Assembly (NCBI GenBank): GCA_965204695.1
Contig: OZ242007.1
Location: 523,162-587,161, forward strand
Reading direction: 5' to 3'
Source: Arenicellales bacterium
Lineage (GTDB): Bacteria > Pseudomonadota > Gammaproteobacteria > Arenicellales > JAHEKD01
Length of the DNA: 64,000 nt
The position numbers and the translations under genes were made by a program. A model generated the notes under the pieces. It made no database searches, was not told the origin of the DNA, and was given only the letters and a program-made list of their open reading frames with translations. This document shows, piece by piece, positions 38,890 to 50,728 of the stretch (positions are counted from its first letter, which is position 1; every line of letters starts with the position of its first letter).

Positions 38890-39003
38890 CTAGCCTTGAC
38901 GCTGTTTATGTTTAGGATCTGAGCAGATCACCCGGACCTGGCCATTACGTCTAATGACCCTACAATTTCTGCATAATCTTTTTACTGATGCTCTTACTTT
39001 CAT
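38890..39003 (-). CDS. rpmJ: 50S ribosomal protein L36
   Basis: Too short for the ORF track. Hand translation gives [41 protein letters not shown] lies 8 nt upstream, and it sits between secY and rpsM. Confidence 0.93.
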   Translation of the reverse strand: MKVRASVKRLCRNCRVIRRNGQVRVICSDPKHKQRQG

Positions 39004-39025
39004 GCTATTTCTCCAACAATTGATC

Positions 39026-40369
39026 TTAGCGGGTCATTCCAAGACCACCCCCGGTTAAGGAGGATTTTTTCATTAAACTTTCGTACTGGCGTGACATTAA
39101 ATAGGATTGCACTTGTGCCATCAAGTCCATGATCACCACCACAATTATTAATAACGATGTACCACCGAAATAAAAAGGCACATTCCATTTCACAATTAAA
39201 AATTCAGGTATCAGACAAACCAGCGTTAAATAGGCTGCCCCGACTAAAGTCAGCTTAGACACGACATTATCAATATAGTTAGCAGTTTGAGCACCCGGAC
39301 GAATACCTGGTATAAAGGCACCTGATTTCTTCAAATTGTCTGCGATATCTTTAGGATTAAAGATTAATGCTGTATAGAAAAAGCAGAAAAAGATAATCAT
39401 AAAGGCGTAAATCAATACGTATAACGGTTGCCCAGGAGCCAACAAAGTTGAAATATCAGCCAACCATCCCATGCCTTCACTGCGACCAAACCAGTTACCC
39501 AAGGTGGCAGGAAATAAAATCAAGCTTGAAGCAAAAATTGGAGGGATAACACCAGCCATATTAAGCTTCAATGGCAGAAAACTGCTTTGACCCTGTACCA
39601 TTTTGCGGCCCTGTTGCCGCTTGGCATAATTAACGGTAATACGCCGTTGGCCCCGTTCCACGAATACAACGAAATAAGTGACCGCAATAGCACCTACAAA
39701 CAAGGCAATGACACCTAGAGACGAAAAGGCGCCAGTACGTGCTAATTCTAATGTTCCACCGACTGCAGCAGGTAAGCCCGCCACGATACTACAAAAGATG
39801 ATTAATGATATGCCGTTACCTATGCCACGTTCTGTAATTTGCTCACCTAACCAGACCAAAAACATGGTGCCAGCCACTAATGAAGCTACTGTGGTTAATT
39901 TGAAGCTTAACCCTGTAACTAATACAACGGGCGCGCCGTTAACCTGTTGAGATTGAATTGCTACCGCGATGCCTAAGGCCTGGAATCCAGCTAAAAATAA
40001 TGTACCGTAACGTGTGTATTGGGCAATTTTGCGACGTCCTGCTTCCCCTTCTTTTTTCATTTGCTCAAGAGTCGGTACAACCGTCGACATCATTTGCATG
40101 ATGATTGAGGCTGAAATATAAGGCATGACACCTAAAGCTAAAACTGATAACCGCTGCAAGGCACCACCGGAAAACATATTAAATACGTCAAGGATTGAAC
40201 CCCTTGTCTGCTCAAATAAAGCGGCAACAGCGGCTGGATCGACACCCGGGACAGGGACGTGAGTACCAAATCGATAGACGAGCAAAGCCCCCAGCATAAA
40301 TAGAATACGCTGTCTCAATTCAGACATTTGTCCCATTGAAGAAAAGGTTTTGCCGCCGGCTTTGGCCAT
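39026..40369 (-). CDS. secY: Preprotein translocase subunit SecY
   Basis: 447-aa polytopic protein; [25 protein letters not shown]. Confidence 0.97.
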   Translation of the reverse strand: MAKAGGKTFSSMGQMSELRQRILFMLGALLVYRFGTHVPVPGVDPAAVAALFEQTRGSILDVFNMFSGGALQRLSVLALGVMPYISASIIMQMMSTVVPTLEQMKKEGEAGRRKIAQYTRYGTLFLAGFQALGIAVAIQSQQVNGAPVVLVTGLSFKLTTVASLVAGTMFLVWLGEQITERGIGNGISLIIFCSIVAGLPAAVGGTLELARTGAFSSLGVIALFVGAIAVTYFVVFVERGQRRITVNYAKRQQGRKMVQGQSSFLPLKLNMAGVIPPIFASSLILFPATLGNWFGRSEGMGWLADISTLLAPGQPLYVLIYAFMIIFFCFFYTALIFNPKDIADNLKKSGAFIPGIRPGAQTANYIDNVVSKLTLVGAAYLTLVCLIPEFLIVKWNVPFYFGGTSLLIIVVVIMDLMAQVQSYLMSRQYESLMKKSSLTGGGLGMTR

Positions 40370-40800
40370 TATTCTACCGAACCTCCCGCTGCTTCAATTG
40401 CAGCTTTAGCGCCAACAGTTGCTCGGACTGCTTTTAAGTTCACTGCCTTGGTAATTTCACCGCTGGCAATCACTTTTGCAGATTCGATGTTGTGTTTAAT
40501 AATCCCGGCTTTTTTCAAGCTGATTAAATCAACCACATCACCTTCAACTGAATTCAATTCGCTCAAACGCACTTGTGCTGTTTTAACGGATACTCGTGAT
40601 GTAAAACCAAATTTTGGCAGGCGGCGTTGCAATGGCATTTGTCCACCTTCAAAACCAACTTTATGAAAACCGCCGGAACGTGATTTTTGACCTTTATGAC
40701 CACGTCCTGCTGTCTTGCCGACGCCACTACCCGGACCACGGCCAACACGTTTGCGATCTTTTTTAGCACCTTCGGCTGGTCTAAGCGTATTTAGTCTCAT
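40369..40800 (-). CDS. rplO: 50S ribosomal protein L15
   Basis: [22 protein letters not shown]. The start is set at ATG 40800, overlapping the rpmD stop by 1 nt. Confidence 0.95.
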   Translation of the reverse strand: MRLNTLRPAEGAKKDRKRVGRGPGSGVGKTAGRGHKGQKSRSGGFHKVGFEGGQMPLQRRLPKFGFTSRVSVKTAQVRLSELNSVEGDVVDLISLKKAGIIKHNIESAKVIASGEITKAVNLKAVRATVGAKAAIEAAGGSVE

Positions 40801-40985
40801 TAGATCGACTCCCATTGAAGCAAATAATAAGCATGATTAATCATGCCGCGGTTCTCAGGTGTGTCCAGCACTTCGACCGTTTGATGGATCCGGCGCAAGC
40901 CAAGACCGCGAACACAGGCCTGGTGCTTTTTACTGCGGCCATGGATGCTTTTAACAAGCTTAACCTTGATTTTTTTCTCTGCCAT
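40800..40985 (-). CDS. rpmD: 50S ribosomal protein L30
   Basis: [28 protein letters not shown]. Confidence 0.95.
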   Translation of the reverse strand: MAEKKIKVKLVKSIHGRSKKHQACVRGLGLRRIHQTVEVLDTPENRGMINHAYYLLQWESI

Positions 40986-40989
40986 TTGA

Positions 40990-41502
40990 CTAACCTAAAA
41001 TTTCTTCGACAGTTTTTCCACGTTTGGCAGCCACTTGCTCTGGACTGACAGATTGCTTGAGCCCTTCAATAGTGGCATAAGCGACATTGACAGGATTGGT
41101 TGTGCCAATGACTTTGGCTAACACATTTTCTAAACCTAACACTTCAAAAATCGCACGCATTGTACCACCTGCGATAATTCCAGTACCTTCAGACGCCGGA
41201 CGCATTACCACAGAAGCCGCACCATGGCGACCAACAACAGGATAATGTAACGTTGTGTTGTTTAAATTGATTCTAACCATGTTGCGGCGCGCATTCTCCA
41301 TTGCCTTTTGTACAGCAACTGGTACTTCACGCGCTTTACCGCGGCCAACACCGACACGACCATTACCATCACCAACTACAGTTAATGCGGAAAAACCCAT
41401 TAAACGGCCACCTTTAACAGTTTTGGCAACACGTCTAACGCTAATCAAACGCTCCTGAGTTTCGTTTGACGATTGTGTTATTTCTCTACTCGTTACAGCC
41501 AT
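40990..41502 (-). CDS. rpsE: 30S ribosomal protein S5
   Basis: [33 protein letters not shown]. Confidence 0.97.
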   Translation of the reverse strand: MAVTSREITQSSNETQERLISVRRVAKTVKGGRLMGFSALTVVGDGNGRVGVGRGKAREVPVAVQKAMENARRNMVRINLNNTTLHYPVVGRHGAASVVMRPASEGTGIIAGGTMRAIFEVLGLENVLAKVIGTTNPVNVAYATIEGLKQSVSPEQVAAKRGKTVEEILG

Positions 41503-41510
41503 TATAACTC

Positions 41511-41867
41511 CTAACAGTTTAAGCCGCTTTCACGTGCGGCATCAGCTAATGCTTTAACACGGCCATGATAATGAAAACCACTACGATCAAAAGCAACATC
41601 TTCAATACCAGCTTGCTTTGCTTTTTCGGCAATTGCCTGGCCTACGGCTTTAGCTGCTTCAATATTGCCGCCATTTTTTATCTTGGCTTTGACTTCGGCT
41701 TGTAAAGTCGAAGCACTGGCCAACACCTTGCCATCATCAGCTGAAATCACCTGGGCATAAGTATGGCGTGGTGTGCGATGAACACACAACCTGTCTTTTT
41801 CTAAATGCCGAATACGTGCACGCGTTTTTCGCGCTCGTCTGACTCGACTCTGCTTTTTAGTTAACAT
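41511..41867 (-). CDS. rplR: 50S ribosomal protein L18
   Basis: [16 protein letters not shown] and [21 protein letters not shown]. Confidence 0.97.
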   Translation of the reverse strand: MLTKKQSRVRRARKTRARIRHLEKDRLCVHRTPRHTYAQVISADDGKVLASASTLQAEVKAKIKNGGNIEAAKAVGQAIAEKAKQAGIEDVAFDRSGFHYHGRVKALADAARESGLNC

Positions 41868-41884
41868 AGCACTAAAACCTATAG

Positions 41885-42418
41885 TTATTTTTTCTTCGCT
41901 TGTTTGCGAATGACATGTTCATCTGAATAACGAACACCCTTGCCTTTATAGGGCTCTGGCGGACGAAAACGTCGAATTTCTGCAGCAACCTGACCAACCA
42001 GTTGTTTGTCTGCACCTTTGACAACGACTTCCGTTTGGCTAGGTGTTTCAATCGTAATACCCTCAGGTACATCATAAACAACAGGGTGTGAAAAACCCAA
42101 AGTTAAATTGAGTTTGTTACCTTGAGCTTGCGCACGATAACCTACACCAATTATAGTCAACTTTTTCTCAAAGCCCTTAGACACACCCTCGACCATATTA
42201 TTAAGAATCGAGCGCACTGTACCTGACATCGACTTGGCATGCTTACTGTCATTTGCAGGCTCAAATGTTAACTGACCATCCTCTTGACCGATACGAACAT
42301 CTCCAGTCAATGCAAAACTTAATTCGCCATTGGAGCCCTTAACAGTGACCTGTTCATCAGCGAGTTTGATTTCTACGCCGCTTGGAACAGTAACCGGATA
42401 TTTTGCTATTCGAGACAT
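41885..42418 (-). CDS. rplF: 50S ribosomal protein L6
   Basis: [19 protein letters not shown] and [12 protein letters not shown]. Confidence 0.97.
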   Translation of the reverse strand: MSRIAKYPVTVPSGVEIKLADEQVTVKGSNGELSFALTGDVRIGQEDGQLTFEPANDSKHAKSMSGTVRSILNNMVEGVSKGFEKKLTIIGVGYRAQAQGNKLNLTLGFSHPVVYDVPEGITIETPSQTEVVVKGADKQLVGQVAAEIRRFRPPEPYKGKGVRYSDEHVIRKQAKKK

Positions 42419-42429
42419 ATCACTAATAC

Positions 42430-42825
42430 CTAGCTAACGATACAAAGTAATTCACCGCCAACACCATTTTCCCGAGCGTTACGCCCAGTCACAATGCCCT
42501 TGGAAGTCGATACAATGGCCACACCAAGTCCATCCTTAACTGATGGAAGATCCTCAGTACCAAAATACACACGACGACCGGGTTTACTAATACGTTTGAT
42601 CATGTCAATAACAGGCTGACCTTGATAATACTTAAGATCAACCGTAATTGATTTCTTACCATCGGTTTCTGTTTCAGAATGACCATTGATATAACCCTCA
42701 TCTTCAAGCACATTTAAAATTGAATGCTTGACCCTAGAGGCCGGGAAAGTCACCGTTTGCTTATGTGCTTTTAACGCATTGCGAATTTGCGTCAGCATGT
42801 CAGCGATTGGATCTGTCATTGCCAT
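42430..42825 (-). CDS. rpsH: 30S ribosomal protein S8
   Basis: [15 protein letters not shown]. Confidence 0.97.
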   Translation of the reverse strand: MAMTDPIADMLTQIRNALKAHKQTVTFPASRVKHSILNVLEDEGYINGHSETETDGKKSITVDLKYYQGQPVIDMIKRISKPGRRVYFGTEDLPSVKDGLGVAIVSTSKGIVTGRNARENGVGGELLCIVS

Positions 42826-42867
42826 GTTCTTAAACCTGATCTACCATTGTTTATTGTAACTGGTTTG

Positions 42868-43173
42868 TCACCAACTTGATTTCACTACACCCGGCACCTG
42901 GCCACGCATAATTAATTCACGTAATTTATTGCGGCTTAATCCGAATTTACGATAGTAGCCGCGAGGGCGACCTGTCAATACACAGCGATTACGCTGACGA
43001 CAACGACTACCGTTAGGTGAAAGCTTTTGCAATTTAATCATCGCATCCCAACGCTCATCATCCGACAAAGATTCGTCGATAATCTGAGCTTTTAATGCAG
43101 CGCGTTTTGCTGCATCGCGCTTGTTAATGCTTTTGCGTTTTGCTTCACGCGCAATCATGGATGTTTTAGCCAT
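42868..43173 (-). CDS. rpsN: 30S ribosomal protein S14 (long form)
   Basis: [15 protein letters not shown] and [18 protein letters not shown]; 101 aa. Confidence 0.97.
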   Translation of the reverse strand: MAKTSMIAREAKRKSINKRDAAKRAALKAQIIDESLSDDERWDAMIKLQKLSPNGSRCRQRNRCVLTGRPRGYYRKFGLSRNKLRELIMRGQVPGVVKSSW

Positions 43174-43174
43174 A

Positions 43175-43729
43175 CTATTGAACCGTTTCTTTGTTTTTTA
43201 GTGGAAAACTAAAAGCTTGTAACAATGCTTTAGCCTCTTCGTCTGTCTTAGCTGTGGTAGTGATAGTGACATCTAAGCCACGAATGGCATCAATGTTATC
43301 GTAGTCAATTTCAGGGAATACAATTTGCTCTTTAAAACCAAAAGAGTAATTACCACGTCCATCAAATGATTTGTCATTTAAGCCACGAAAATCACGAATA
43401 CGCGGTATTGCCACACTAACCAGACGATCTAAAAATTCATACATACGTTGACGTCGTAATGTTACTTTGCAACCTATAGGCCAACCTTCACGAACTTTAA
43501 AACCAGCAATCGATTTACGTGCTAGGGTTTGCACCGGTTTTTGGCCACTGATTTGAGTTAAATCATTGGTCGCATTTTCCAATACTTTTTTATCACCAAT
43601 CGCCTCACCTAAACCCATGTTCAATGAGATCTTAGTGATTTTTGGCACTTGCATGGTATTTGCATAACCAAATTGCTCCATCAGTTGCGGAACAACTTTG
43701 TCACGATAATATTCTTGTAACCTAGCCAT
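43175..43729 (-). CDS. rplE: 50S ribosomal protein L5
   Basis: [22 protein letters not shown]. Confidence 0.97.
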   Translation of the reverse strand: MARLQEYYRDKVVPQLMEQFGYANTMQVPKITKISLNMGLGEAIGDKKVLENATNDLTQISGQKPVQTLARKSIAGFKVREGWPIGCKVTLRRQRMYEFLDRLVSVAIPRIRDFRGLNDKSFDGRGNYSFGFKEQIVFPEIDYDNIDAIRGLDVTITTTAKTDEEAKALLQAFSFPLKNKETVQ

Positions 43730-43752
43730 CTTAATATCTCTTAAGCGTTCTG

Positions 43753-44070
43753 CTACGCGTCTATAGGTTCGCCGGAAGACTTGAAAACACGAATTCTTTT
43801 ACCATCTTCGGCAAGTTGAATGCCAACACGGTCAGCTTTGTCCGCTTTGGCGTTATAAATAGCGATATTTGAAATATCGATGGGCGCTTCACGCTCAACA
43901 ATACCACCAGTATCACCTTTGTTTGGATTTGGGCGAACGTGCTTTTTCACTAGATTTACACTATCAACTAATGCACGGCCGTCTTTCAAAATCTGCAATA
44001 CAGTGCCTTGCTTGCCGCGATCACGGCCAGCCAGAACAATTACATCATCACCTTTTTTAATCTTTTGCAT
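43753..44070 (-). CDS. rplX: 50S ribosomal protein L24
   Basis: [24 protein letters not shown]. Confidence 0.97.
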   Translation of the reverse strand: MQKIKKGDDVIVLAGRDRGKQGTVLQILKDGRALVDSVNLVKKHVRPNPNKGDTGGIVEREAPIDISNIAIYNAKADKADRVGIQLAEDGKRIRVFKSSGEPIDA

Positions 44071-44092
44071 TGCCCAAAACCTGTTAGTACCT

Positions 44093-44461
44093 TTAAATCA
44101 CTTCTGGAGCAAGTGACACAATTTTCATAAATTTATCGCCACGCAACTCACGAGTTACGGGGCCGAAAATACGAGTGCCGATCGGCTGGTGCTGCTGATT
44201 CAATAATACTGCAGCATTGCTGTCAAACCGAATCAGCGAACCATCACGGCGACGGACGCCTTTTTTAGTGCGTACGATAACCGCATTGTAAACATCACCT
44301 TTTTTTACCCGGCTATTAGGTAGAGCTTCCTTGACACTAATTTTGATAATGTCACCAATACCTGCATAGCGGCGTTTGGAACCACCCAAAACCTTAATGC
44401 ACTGCACTCGTTTGGCACCGCTATTGTCCGCTACAGATAATGCACTTTGCATTTGAATCAT
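44093..44461 (-). CDS. rplN: 50S ribosomal protein L14
   Basis: [28 protein letters not shown]. Confidence 0.97.
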   Translation of the reverse strand: MIQMQSALSVADNSGAKRVQCIKVLGGSKRRYAGIGDIIKISVKEALPNSRVKKGDVYNAVIVRTKKGVRRRDGSLIRFDSNAAVLLNQQHQPIGTRIFGPVTRELRGDKFMKIVSLAPEVI

Positions 44462-44476
44462 TGCTTTGCTCCAGTT

Positions 44477-44749
44477 CTACTCAGCCCGCTCAACCACTTC
44501 GACCAATCGCCAGTTCTTTGTTTTGGAGATAGGCCTACATTGTTCAATCACTACCGTATCACCAATGCGGCAGTCATTGTTCTCATCGTGCGCATGAAAC
44601 TTGGTAGAACGACGAATGTATTTTTTGTAAAGCGGATGCTTTACTTTACGCTCAACCTGGATAGTTACCGACTTATCCATTTTGTCGCTAACCACTACGC
44701 CTTGTAGTGATCGTGCTTGACGAGTTGCTTGTTCAGTTTCTTGCGTCAT
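44477..44749 (-). CDS. rpsQ: 30S ribosomal protein S17
   Basis: [20 protein letters not shown] and [13 protein letters not shown]. Confidence 0.97.
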   Translation of the reverse strand: MTQETEQATRQARSLQGVVVSDKMDKSVTIQVERKVKHPLYKKYIRRSTKFHAHDENNDCRIGDTVVIEQCRPISKTKNWRLVEVVERAE

Positions 44750-44751
44750 AG

Positions 44752-44943
44752 CTATGCTTTCGCCTTTTCGTTCATAATAGTTTTGATACGTGCAATTTCC
44801 TTACGCACTTGGCTAAAGCGAGCTGGGTTAGATAATTGCCCACTACCACGCTGCATGCGTAAGTTAAATTGCTCTTTACGCAATTCAATCAGCTCTTTTT
44901 GCAAATCGCCGTCTGACTTTTCACGATATTCTTTTGCTTGCAT
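44752..44943 (-). CDS. rpmC: 50S ribosomal protein L29
   Basis: [18 protein letters not shown]. Confidence 0.95.
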   Translation of the reverse strand: MQAKEYREKSDGDLQKELIELRKEQFNLRMQRGSGQLSNPARFSQVRKEIARIKTIMNEKAKA

Positions 44944-45356
44944 TAGATTGCCTGCCGTTTAACAAATGTGGTTGAAACGGAAAGTTTCGCACCGGCCAAG
45001 CGAAAAGCTTCTCTCGCCAGCTCTTCGCTTACACCTTCAATTTCGTATAAAACATGACCGGGTTTAATTTGGGCAACCCAATATTCCGGATTACCTTTAC
45101 CTTTACCCATACGTACTTCCAATGGCTTTTTAGAAATAGGCTTGTCAGGAAATGCTCGAATCCATAATCGGCCACCACGTTTAACATGACGGTTAATCGC
45201 CCGACGTGCTGCCTCAATCTGACGTGCTGTCACACGGCCACGACCAGTCGATTTAAGACCATATTCACCAAAGCTGACTTTATTACCTCGTAAAGCCATG
45301 CCACGGTTGCGGCCTTTTTGCTGCTTTCTAAATTTTGTACGTTTTGGTTGTAACAT
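44943..45356 (-). CDS. rplP: 50S ribosomal protein L16
   Basis: [19 protein letters not shown]. Confidence 0.97.
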   Translation of the reverse strand: MLQPKRTKFRKQQKGRNRGMALRGNKVSFGEYGLKSTGRGRVTARQIEAARRAINRHVKRGGRLWIRAFPDKPISKKPLEVRMGKGKGNPEYWVAQIKPGHVLYEIEGVSEELAREAFRLAGAKLSVSTTFVKRQAI

Positions 45357-45367
45357 AACGTTCTACC

Positions 45368-46048
45368 TTAAGTTGCGGTATTCGTCGCAGGCGCTGCTAC
45401 CGGAGCAGTATGTTCTTCATCACCGAAGACTTCACCTTTGAAAATCCACACTTTCACTCCAATAATGCCGTAAGTAGTTAGTGCTTCGGCAAACCCATAA
45501 TCGATATCAGCACGCAATGTATGCAGAGGCACTCGACCTTCTCGATACCATTCTGTACGTGCAATTTCCGCACCGTTCAAACGGCCAGATACCATAACTT
45601 TGATACCTTTAGCACCCAGACGCACAGCATTTTGTACTGAACGCTTCATGGCACGGCGAAACATAACTCGACGTTCCAATTGTTGGCAAATGCCTTCAGC
45701 AACCAAGTAGGCGTCAATTTCCGGCTTGCGAACTTCTTCGATCGCCACTGTTACCGGACTGCCATTAAGCTTAGTCAGTTCAGCACGTAACTTTTCAATA
45801 TCCTCGCCCTTTTTACCGATTACGATACCGGGGCGAGCAGTTTGAATCGTTACATTCATATTCTCAGATGGCCGCTCGATAACAATATTGCTGATCGCGG
45901 CGTTAGCGAGCTTTTTATTTAAAAAATCTCGAACTTTTAAATCGGCCGCCAATTTATCAGCATAATCAGTGTTACTGGCATACCATTTTGCATTCCAGTC
46001 TTTGACGATACCTAAGCGAATACCATTAGGTTGTACTTTTTGACCCAT
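45368..46048 (-). CDS. rpsC: 30S ribosomal protein S3
   Basis: [24 protein letters not shown]. Confidence 0.97.
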   Translation of the reverse strand: MGQKVQPNGIRLGIVKDWNAKWYASNTDYADKLAADLKVRDFLNKKLANAAISNIVIERPSENMNVTIQTARPGIVIGKKGEDIEKLRAELTKLNGSPVTVAIEEVRKPEIDAYLVAEGICQQLERRVMFRRAMKRSVQNAVRLGAKGIKVMVSGRLNGAEIARTEWYREGRVPLHTLRADIDYGFAEALTTYGIIGVKVWIFKGEVFGDEEHTAPVAAPATNTAT

Positions 46049-46392
46049 CAGTTAGCTCCTGTCTCATCAGCCACAGCTACAGTGATATGACTGGTACGCT
46101 TTAAAATCTTTCCGGCACGCCCTTTGGCACGTGCACGCCAACGCTTTAATACTGGTCCTTCATCAACATGAATTTTGCTGACGATTAATTCATCAATATC
46201 CGCACCTTCGTTATGTTCAGCATTAGCAATCGCCGACTCTAGCGCCTTACGGATCGGGCTGGCTGCTTTTTTAGAACTGTATTCCAGCAATTCCAACGCC
46301 TTATCAACGGGTTTATTACGAATCTGATCCGCAACCAAACGTGCTTTTTGTGGCGAGATTCGAATATATTTTGCAACCGCTTGTACTTGCAT
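46048..46392 (-). CDS. rplV: 50S ribosomal protein L22
   Basis: [20 protein letters not shown]. Confidence 0.96.
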   Translation of the reverse strand: MQVQAVAKYIRISPQKARLVADQIRNKPVDKALELLEYSSKKAASPIRKALESAIANAEHNEGADIDELIVSKIHVDEGPVLKRWRARAKGRAGKILKRTSHITVAVADETGAN

Positions 46393-46395
46393 GGT

Positions 46396-46668
46396 CTACC
46401 TCGCCTTCTTATCTGCAATATGGCCTTTAAAAGTACGGGTAGGCGCGAACTCACCTAACTTATGTCCAACCATATTCTCGTTAACCAAAATAGGCATATG
46501 CTGACGCCCATTATGAACAGCAATCGTTAAACCAACGAATTCAGGTGTAATCGTTGAGCGCCGTGACCAAGTTTTGATTGGTTTACGACTATTTTCCTCT
46601 TTTGCCTTCATCACTTTTGCCCAAAGATGATGATCGACAAATGGGCCTTTTTTAATTGAACGTGGCAT
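46396..46668 (-). CDS. rpsS: 30S ribosomal protein S19
   Basis: [15 protein letters not shown] and [16 protein letters not shown]. Confidence 0.97.
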   Translation of the reverse strand: MPRSIKKGPFVDHHLWAKVMKAKEENSRKPIKTWSRRSTITPEFVGLTIAVHNGRQHMPILVNENMVGHKLGEFAPTRTFKGHIADKKAR

Positions 46669-46690
46669 AGTTCTACTCTATCAATACCTG

Positions 46691-47515
46691 TTATCGTTTG
46701 CGCCGACGGATAATCATGCCGTCTGTGCGTTTATTACTACGCGTTTTCTTTCCTTTAGTGGGCACACCCCAAGGTGAAACCGGATGCCGGCCACCAGAGG
46801 TTCGACCTTCACCACCACCATGTGGATGATCGACTGGGTTCATGGCTACACCACGAACTGTTGGGCGAATACCACGCCATCTTTTCGCACCAGCCTTACC
46901 TAATTTACGCAATCCATGCTCTGAATTACCTACTTCGCCAATAGTGGCACGGCAATTTAGATTTACTTTACGCATTTCGCCGGAACGAAGTCTTAACTGT
47001 GCATAATTGGCTTCGCGGCCAACATACTGTACAGCAGCGCCGGCAGAACGCGCAATTTGCGCACCTTTGCCGGGTTTCATTTCAACACAGTGAATCGTTG
47101 TACCCACTGGGATGTTTTTTAGCGGTAAACAGTTACCTTTGCCAATACCCGCATCAGTACCTGAGGCTATTGGATCACCCACTTTCACACCTTTGGGTGC
47201 CAAAATATAACGGCGCTCACCATCACGATACAAGATCAAAGCAATGTTAGCGCTTCGATTTGGATCATATTCAATTCGCTCGACCTTGCCTGGAACACCG
47301 TCTTTATTACGTTTGAAATCAATTAAACGATAATGACGCTTGTGACCACCGCCACGATGACGGACAGTAATGCGTCCGGCATTATTACGACCACTGATGG
47401 CACGCTTGGGTTCGACCAAGGCTGCATGAGGTTTACCTTTATGTAAACCAGGCGTATTGACCGTGACCATACCACGGCGGCCAGCGGATGTAGGTTTATG
47501 TTTTACAACTGCCAT
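46691..47515 (-). CDS. rplB: 50S ribosomal protein L2
   Basis: [26 protein letters not shown]. Confidence 0.97.
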   Translation of the reverse strand: MAVVKHKPTSAGRRGMVTVNTPGLHKGKPHAALVEPKRAISGRNNAGRITVRHRGGGHKRHYRLIDFKRNKDGVPGKVERIEYDPNRSANIALILYRDGERRYILAPKGVKVGDPIASGTDAGIGKGNCLPLKNIPVGTTIHCVEMKPGKGAQIARSAGAAVQYVGREANYAQLRLRSGEMRKVNLNCRATIGEVGNSEHGLRKLGKAGAKRWRGIRPTVRGVAMNPVDHPHGGGEGRTSGGRHPVSPWGVPTKGKKTRSNKRTDGMIIRRRKR

Positions 47516-47517
47516 GA

Positions 47518-47817
47518 TTATGCCTTGCTATCTAGAAAATCAATATCATGTCCGGGCTTAAGCTTGACATACGCCTTTTTCCAGTTGGAACGCGCACCTG
47601 CAATGCGTCCAAATGACTTGCGCTTGCCCATGACATTAACAACTTGAACGCGATCCACCTCAACTTCGAAAAGTTTTTCAACTGCCGCTTTAATTTCCGG
47701 TTTTGTTGCACTGGGCAAAACTTTGAAAACAATCTGTCCACTGCTTTCAGCTGCTAAAGTGCTTTTCTCAGAAATATGAGGAGAGACTAGAACTTGATAC
47801 AAACGATCTTCATTCAT
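47518..47817 (-). CDS. rplW: 50S ribosomal protein L23
   Basis: [15 protein letters not shown] and KKAYVKL. Confidence 0.96.
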   Translation of the reverse strand: MNEDRLYQVLVSPHISEKSTLAAESSGQIVFKVLPSATKPEIKAAVEKLFEVEVDRVQVVNVMGKRKSFGRIAGARSNWKKAYVKLKPGHDIDFLDSKA

Positions 47818-48434
47818 TGCAACTTCTCCTGTAATTCATTCATAGCTTGCTCGCTGATCACCACTTTTTCATGTGCAATCAAATCGACTGGACTTAAATT
47901 ATGTGAACTAGCCACTGACACGAAAGGTAAATTTCTGGCCGATAGTTCCAGATTTTCATTGCCGTGAAGGTCAACCAATAAACTATTCGCTGCTTCAAGG
48001 CCATTTAGTGAATTTGATAACACTTTAGTTTTTGGCGCATCCAAGCTAAATCCATCAACAACAATCAAACGATCCTGGCGTACTAATTCAGCAAGGATCG
48101 AACGCATTGCCGATTTAAAACTCTTGCGATTCACTTTTTGCGAAAAATTCCTAGGTGAACAAGGAAATGCATTACCACCGCTACGCCAGATAGGACTGCG
48201 TGAAGTACCGGCACGGGCACGACCTGTGCCTTTTTGACGCCATGGTTTTGCACCGCCGCCTCTTACTGCAGAGCGATTTTTCTGAGCTTTAGTCCCCTGA
48301 CGTGAACCTGCTTGATAAGCAGTCACCACCTGATGAACTAATGACTCATTAAAAGCAGCATCAAAAATATCCTGATTCAGTGAAACTTTTGCTCCACTTG
48401 AATCGCCACTGATGCTTTTAACTTCTAGTTCCAC
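47814..48434 (-). CDS. rplD: 50S ribosomal protein L4
   Basis: LVHQVVTAYQAGSRQGTKAQKNRSAVRGGGAKPWRQKGTGRAR. Confidence 0.97.
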   Translation of the reverse strand: MELEVKSISGDSSGAKVSLNQDIFDAAFNESLVHQVVTAYQAGSRQGTKAQKNRSAVRGGGAKPWRQKGTGRARAGTSRSPIWRSGGNAFPCSPRNFSQKVNRKSFKSAMRSILAELVRQDRLIVVDGFSLDAPKTKVLSNSLNGLEAANSLLVDLHGNENLELSARNLPFVSVASSHNLSPVDLIAHEKVVISEQAMNELQEKLQ

Positions 48435-48468
48435 CTTGAAACTCCTTAAAACCTATTCTCGACTTCGG

Positions 48469-49116
48469 TTATGCGCTAGCGCGCACTTTAACTGAAGGAT
48501 GAATTAATAAATCCTGTCCTTTCGCGCCGGGCACTGAACCTTTCACAAATAAAAGTTCACGCTCAGCATCAATATTTACGATGGCCAGGTTTTGTTGAGT
48601 ACACTTAACGTTACCCATATGACCTGCCATTTTCTTCCCTGGGAAAACCCGACCTGGGTCTTGGTTTTGTCCAATTGAACCGGGTTTACGGTGTGCCTTT
48701 GAGTTACCGTGTGTCGCACGACCGCCACCAAAACCATGGCGTTTCATAACACCGGCAAAACCCTTACCAATCGTCACACCAGTCACATCAACAACTTGGC
48801 CAACTTCAAAACTATCGATTTTGATCTCATGACCCACTTCGATCTCTTCTTGAGCTTCATGCAAACGAAATTCCCATAGGCCACGACCTGGTTGTTGCCC
48901 TCTTTTAGCAAAATGACCCGCTTCGCCCTTGCTTAAGCTTGAAGCTTTTTTCTCGCCAACTGTCACCTGGATTGCATCATAGCCATCACTATCAGCAGTT
49001 TTTACCTGTGTGACTTTATTTGCCTGCGCATGAATAACTGTTACTGGAACTGAACTTCCATCTTCCTGGAAAATTCGAGTCATTCCAATTTTGCGTCCAA
49101 CTAATCCGATCGCCAT
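48469..49116 (-). CDS. rplC: 50S ribosomal protein L3
   Basis: [16 protein letters not shown]. Confidence 0.97.
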   Translation of the reverse strand: MAIGLVGRKIGMTRIFQEDGSSVPVTVIHAQANKVTQVKTADSDGYDAIQVTVGEKKASSLSKGEAGHFAKRGQQPGRGLWEFRLHEAQEEIEVGHEIKIDSFEVGQVVDVTGVTIGKGFAGVMKRHGFGGGRATHGNSKAHRKPGSIGQNQDPGRVFPGKKMAGHMGNVKCTQQNLAIVNIDAERELLFVKGSVPGAKGQDLLIHPSVKVRASA

Positions 49117-49146
49117 GATACTTCTCTTATCTTTATCCGTCGTGTT

Positions 49147-49479
49147 TTACGAATTCAATTTAATTTCAACGTCTACACCCGCTGCCAGATCAAGTTTCAT
49201 TAAGGCATCAACGGTTTTATCAGTCGGCTCGATGATATCCATAATGCGTTTATGAGTTCTGATCTCAAACTGATCGCGTGCTTTTTTGTTCACATGCGGA
49301 GAGCGTAACAATGTGTATTTTTCAATTCGAGTAGGCAGCGGAATAGGGCCACGAACCAATGCTCCTGTTCTTTTGGCCGTATCAACAATCTCCAAAGCCG
49401 AACGATCAATCATGCGATGATCGAATGCTCTGAGTTTGATTCTAATTTTTTGACTATCTACTTTCACTGCTGTGCTCAA
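49147..49479 (-). CDS. rpsJ: 30S ribosomal protein S10
   Basis: [21 protein letters not shown]. Only 38 nt separate it from tuf. Confidence 0.97.
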   Translation of the reverse strand: MSTAVKVDSQKIRIKLRAFDHRMIDRSALEIVDTAKRTGALVRGPIPLPTRIEKYTLLRSPHVNKKARDQFEIRTHKRIMDIIEPTDKTVDALMKLDLAAGVDVEIKLNS

Positions 49480-49517
49480 TCTATAGGGTTAAGACTTACT
49501 ACTATTCAATAACTTGT

Positions 49518-50708
49518 TTATACAAAAATTTTAGCGACGACACCGGCCCCTACCGTTCGGCCACCCTCTCGGATCGCAAACCGTAAACCTTCTTCCATCG
49601 CTATCGGGGCAATAAGCTCTACACTCATCTGAACATTATCACCCGGCATCACCATCTCAGTCCCACTCGGTAAATCACATGAACCTGTCACGTCCGTCGT
49701 ACGAAAGTAAAACTGAGGTCTGTAGCCATTGAAAAAGGGTGTATGACGACCCCCTTCTTCTTTACTCAAAATATACACTTCCGCCTCAAACTTCGTGTGT
49801 GGCGTAATCGAACCCGGCTTGGCCAAGACCTGACCACGCTCAATATCTTCTCGTTTGGTCCCGCGCAGTAAAATACCCACGTTATCACCCGCTTCACCTT
49901 GGTCTAATAACTTACGGAACATCTCTACACCCGTCACCGTCGTCTTAGTGGTCTCTCTAATACCCACTATCTCCACTTCTTCACCCACCTTAATCACACC
50001 ACGCTCTACACGACCTGTCGCTACCGTTCCTCGACCTGAAATCGAGAACACATCCTCGACCGGCATTAAGAAAGCACCGTTTACCGCACGTTCTGGCTCC
50101 GGAATATAGTTGTCTAACGCCTCCGCCAATTCAACAATTGAAGCCACACCAATCTCTGATTCTTCACCTTCTAACGCTTTTAACGCACTGCCTTTAATAA
50201 TCGGCGTGTCATCACCTGGAAATTCGTACTGATCCAACAGCTCACGCACTTCCATTTCAACCAATTCCAACAACTCTTCGTCGTCAACCATATCGGCTTT
50301 GTTCAAAAACACCACAATATGCGGTACACCTACCTGACGGGCCAATAGAATGTGCTCACGGGTTTGAGGCATCGGGCCATCTGCTGCGGATACCACTAAT
50401 ACCGCACCGTCCATCTGGGCTGCACCCGTAATCATGTTCTTGACATAATCCGCGTGACCCGGACAGTCTACGTGCGCATAGTGACGGCCTGCAGTTTCGT
50501 ATTCAACGTGTGAAGAGGCTATCGTGATACCACGTTCTTTTTCTTCCGGTGCATTGTCAATCTGATCAAAGGCCGTGGCACTACCACCGTATTTCTCCGA
50601 TAACACCTTCGTCATCGCCGCCGTTAACGTCGTCTTACCGTGATCTACGTGACCTATCGTGCCTACATTGACATGTGGCTTGGTGCGTTGAAATTTTTCC
50701 TTAGACAT
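49518..50708 (-). CDS. tuf: Elongation factor Tu
   Basis: [23 protein letters not shown] and NKADMV G-domain motifs; 396 aa. Confidence 0.98.
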   Translation of the reverse strand: MSKEKFQRTKPHVNVGTIGHVDHGKTTLTAAMTKVLSEKYGGSATAFDQIDNAPEEKERGITIASSHVEYETAGRHYAHVDCPGHADYVKNMITGAAQMDGAVLVVSAADGPMPQTREHILLARQVGVPHIVVFLNKADMVDDEELLELVEMEVRELLDQYEFPGDDTPIIKGSALKALEGEESEIGVASIVELAEALDNYIPEPERAVNGAFLMPVEDVFSISGRGTVATGRVERGVIKVGEEVEIVGIRETTKTTVTGVEMFRKLLDQGEAGDNVGILLRGTKREDIERGQVLAKPGSITPHTKFEAEVYILSKEEGGRHTPFFNGYRPQFYFRTTDVTGSCDLPSGTEMVMPGDNVQMSVELIAPIAMEEGLRFAIREGGRTVGAGVVAKIFV

Positions 50709-50728
50709 CTATATATCCTCGTAATGTC

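Noticed and set aside
39000-39188. A 62-aa minus-strand ORF in the track, overlapping the secY 3' end.
   Set aside because: It lies out of frame inside the secY 3' end and extends 4 nt into the rpmJ start. The real gene here is the 37-aa L36 (38890-39003), which has a clear SD sequence and a conserved sequence.
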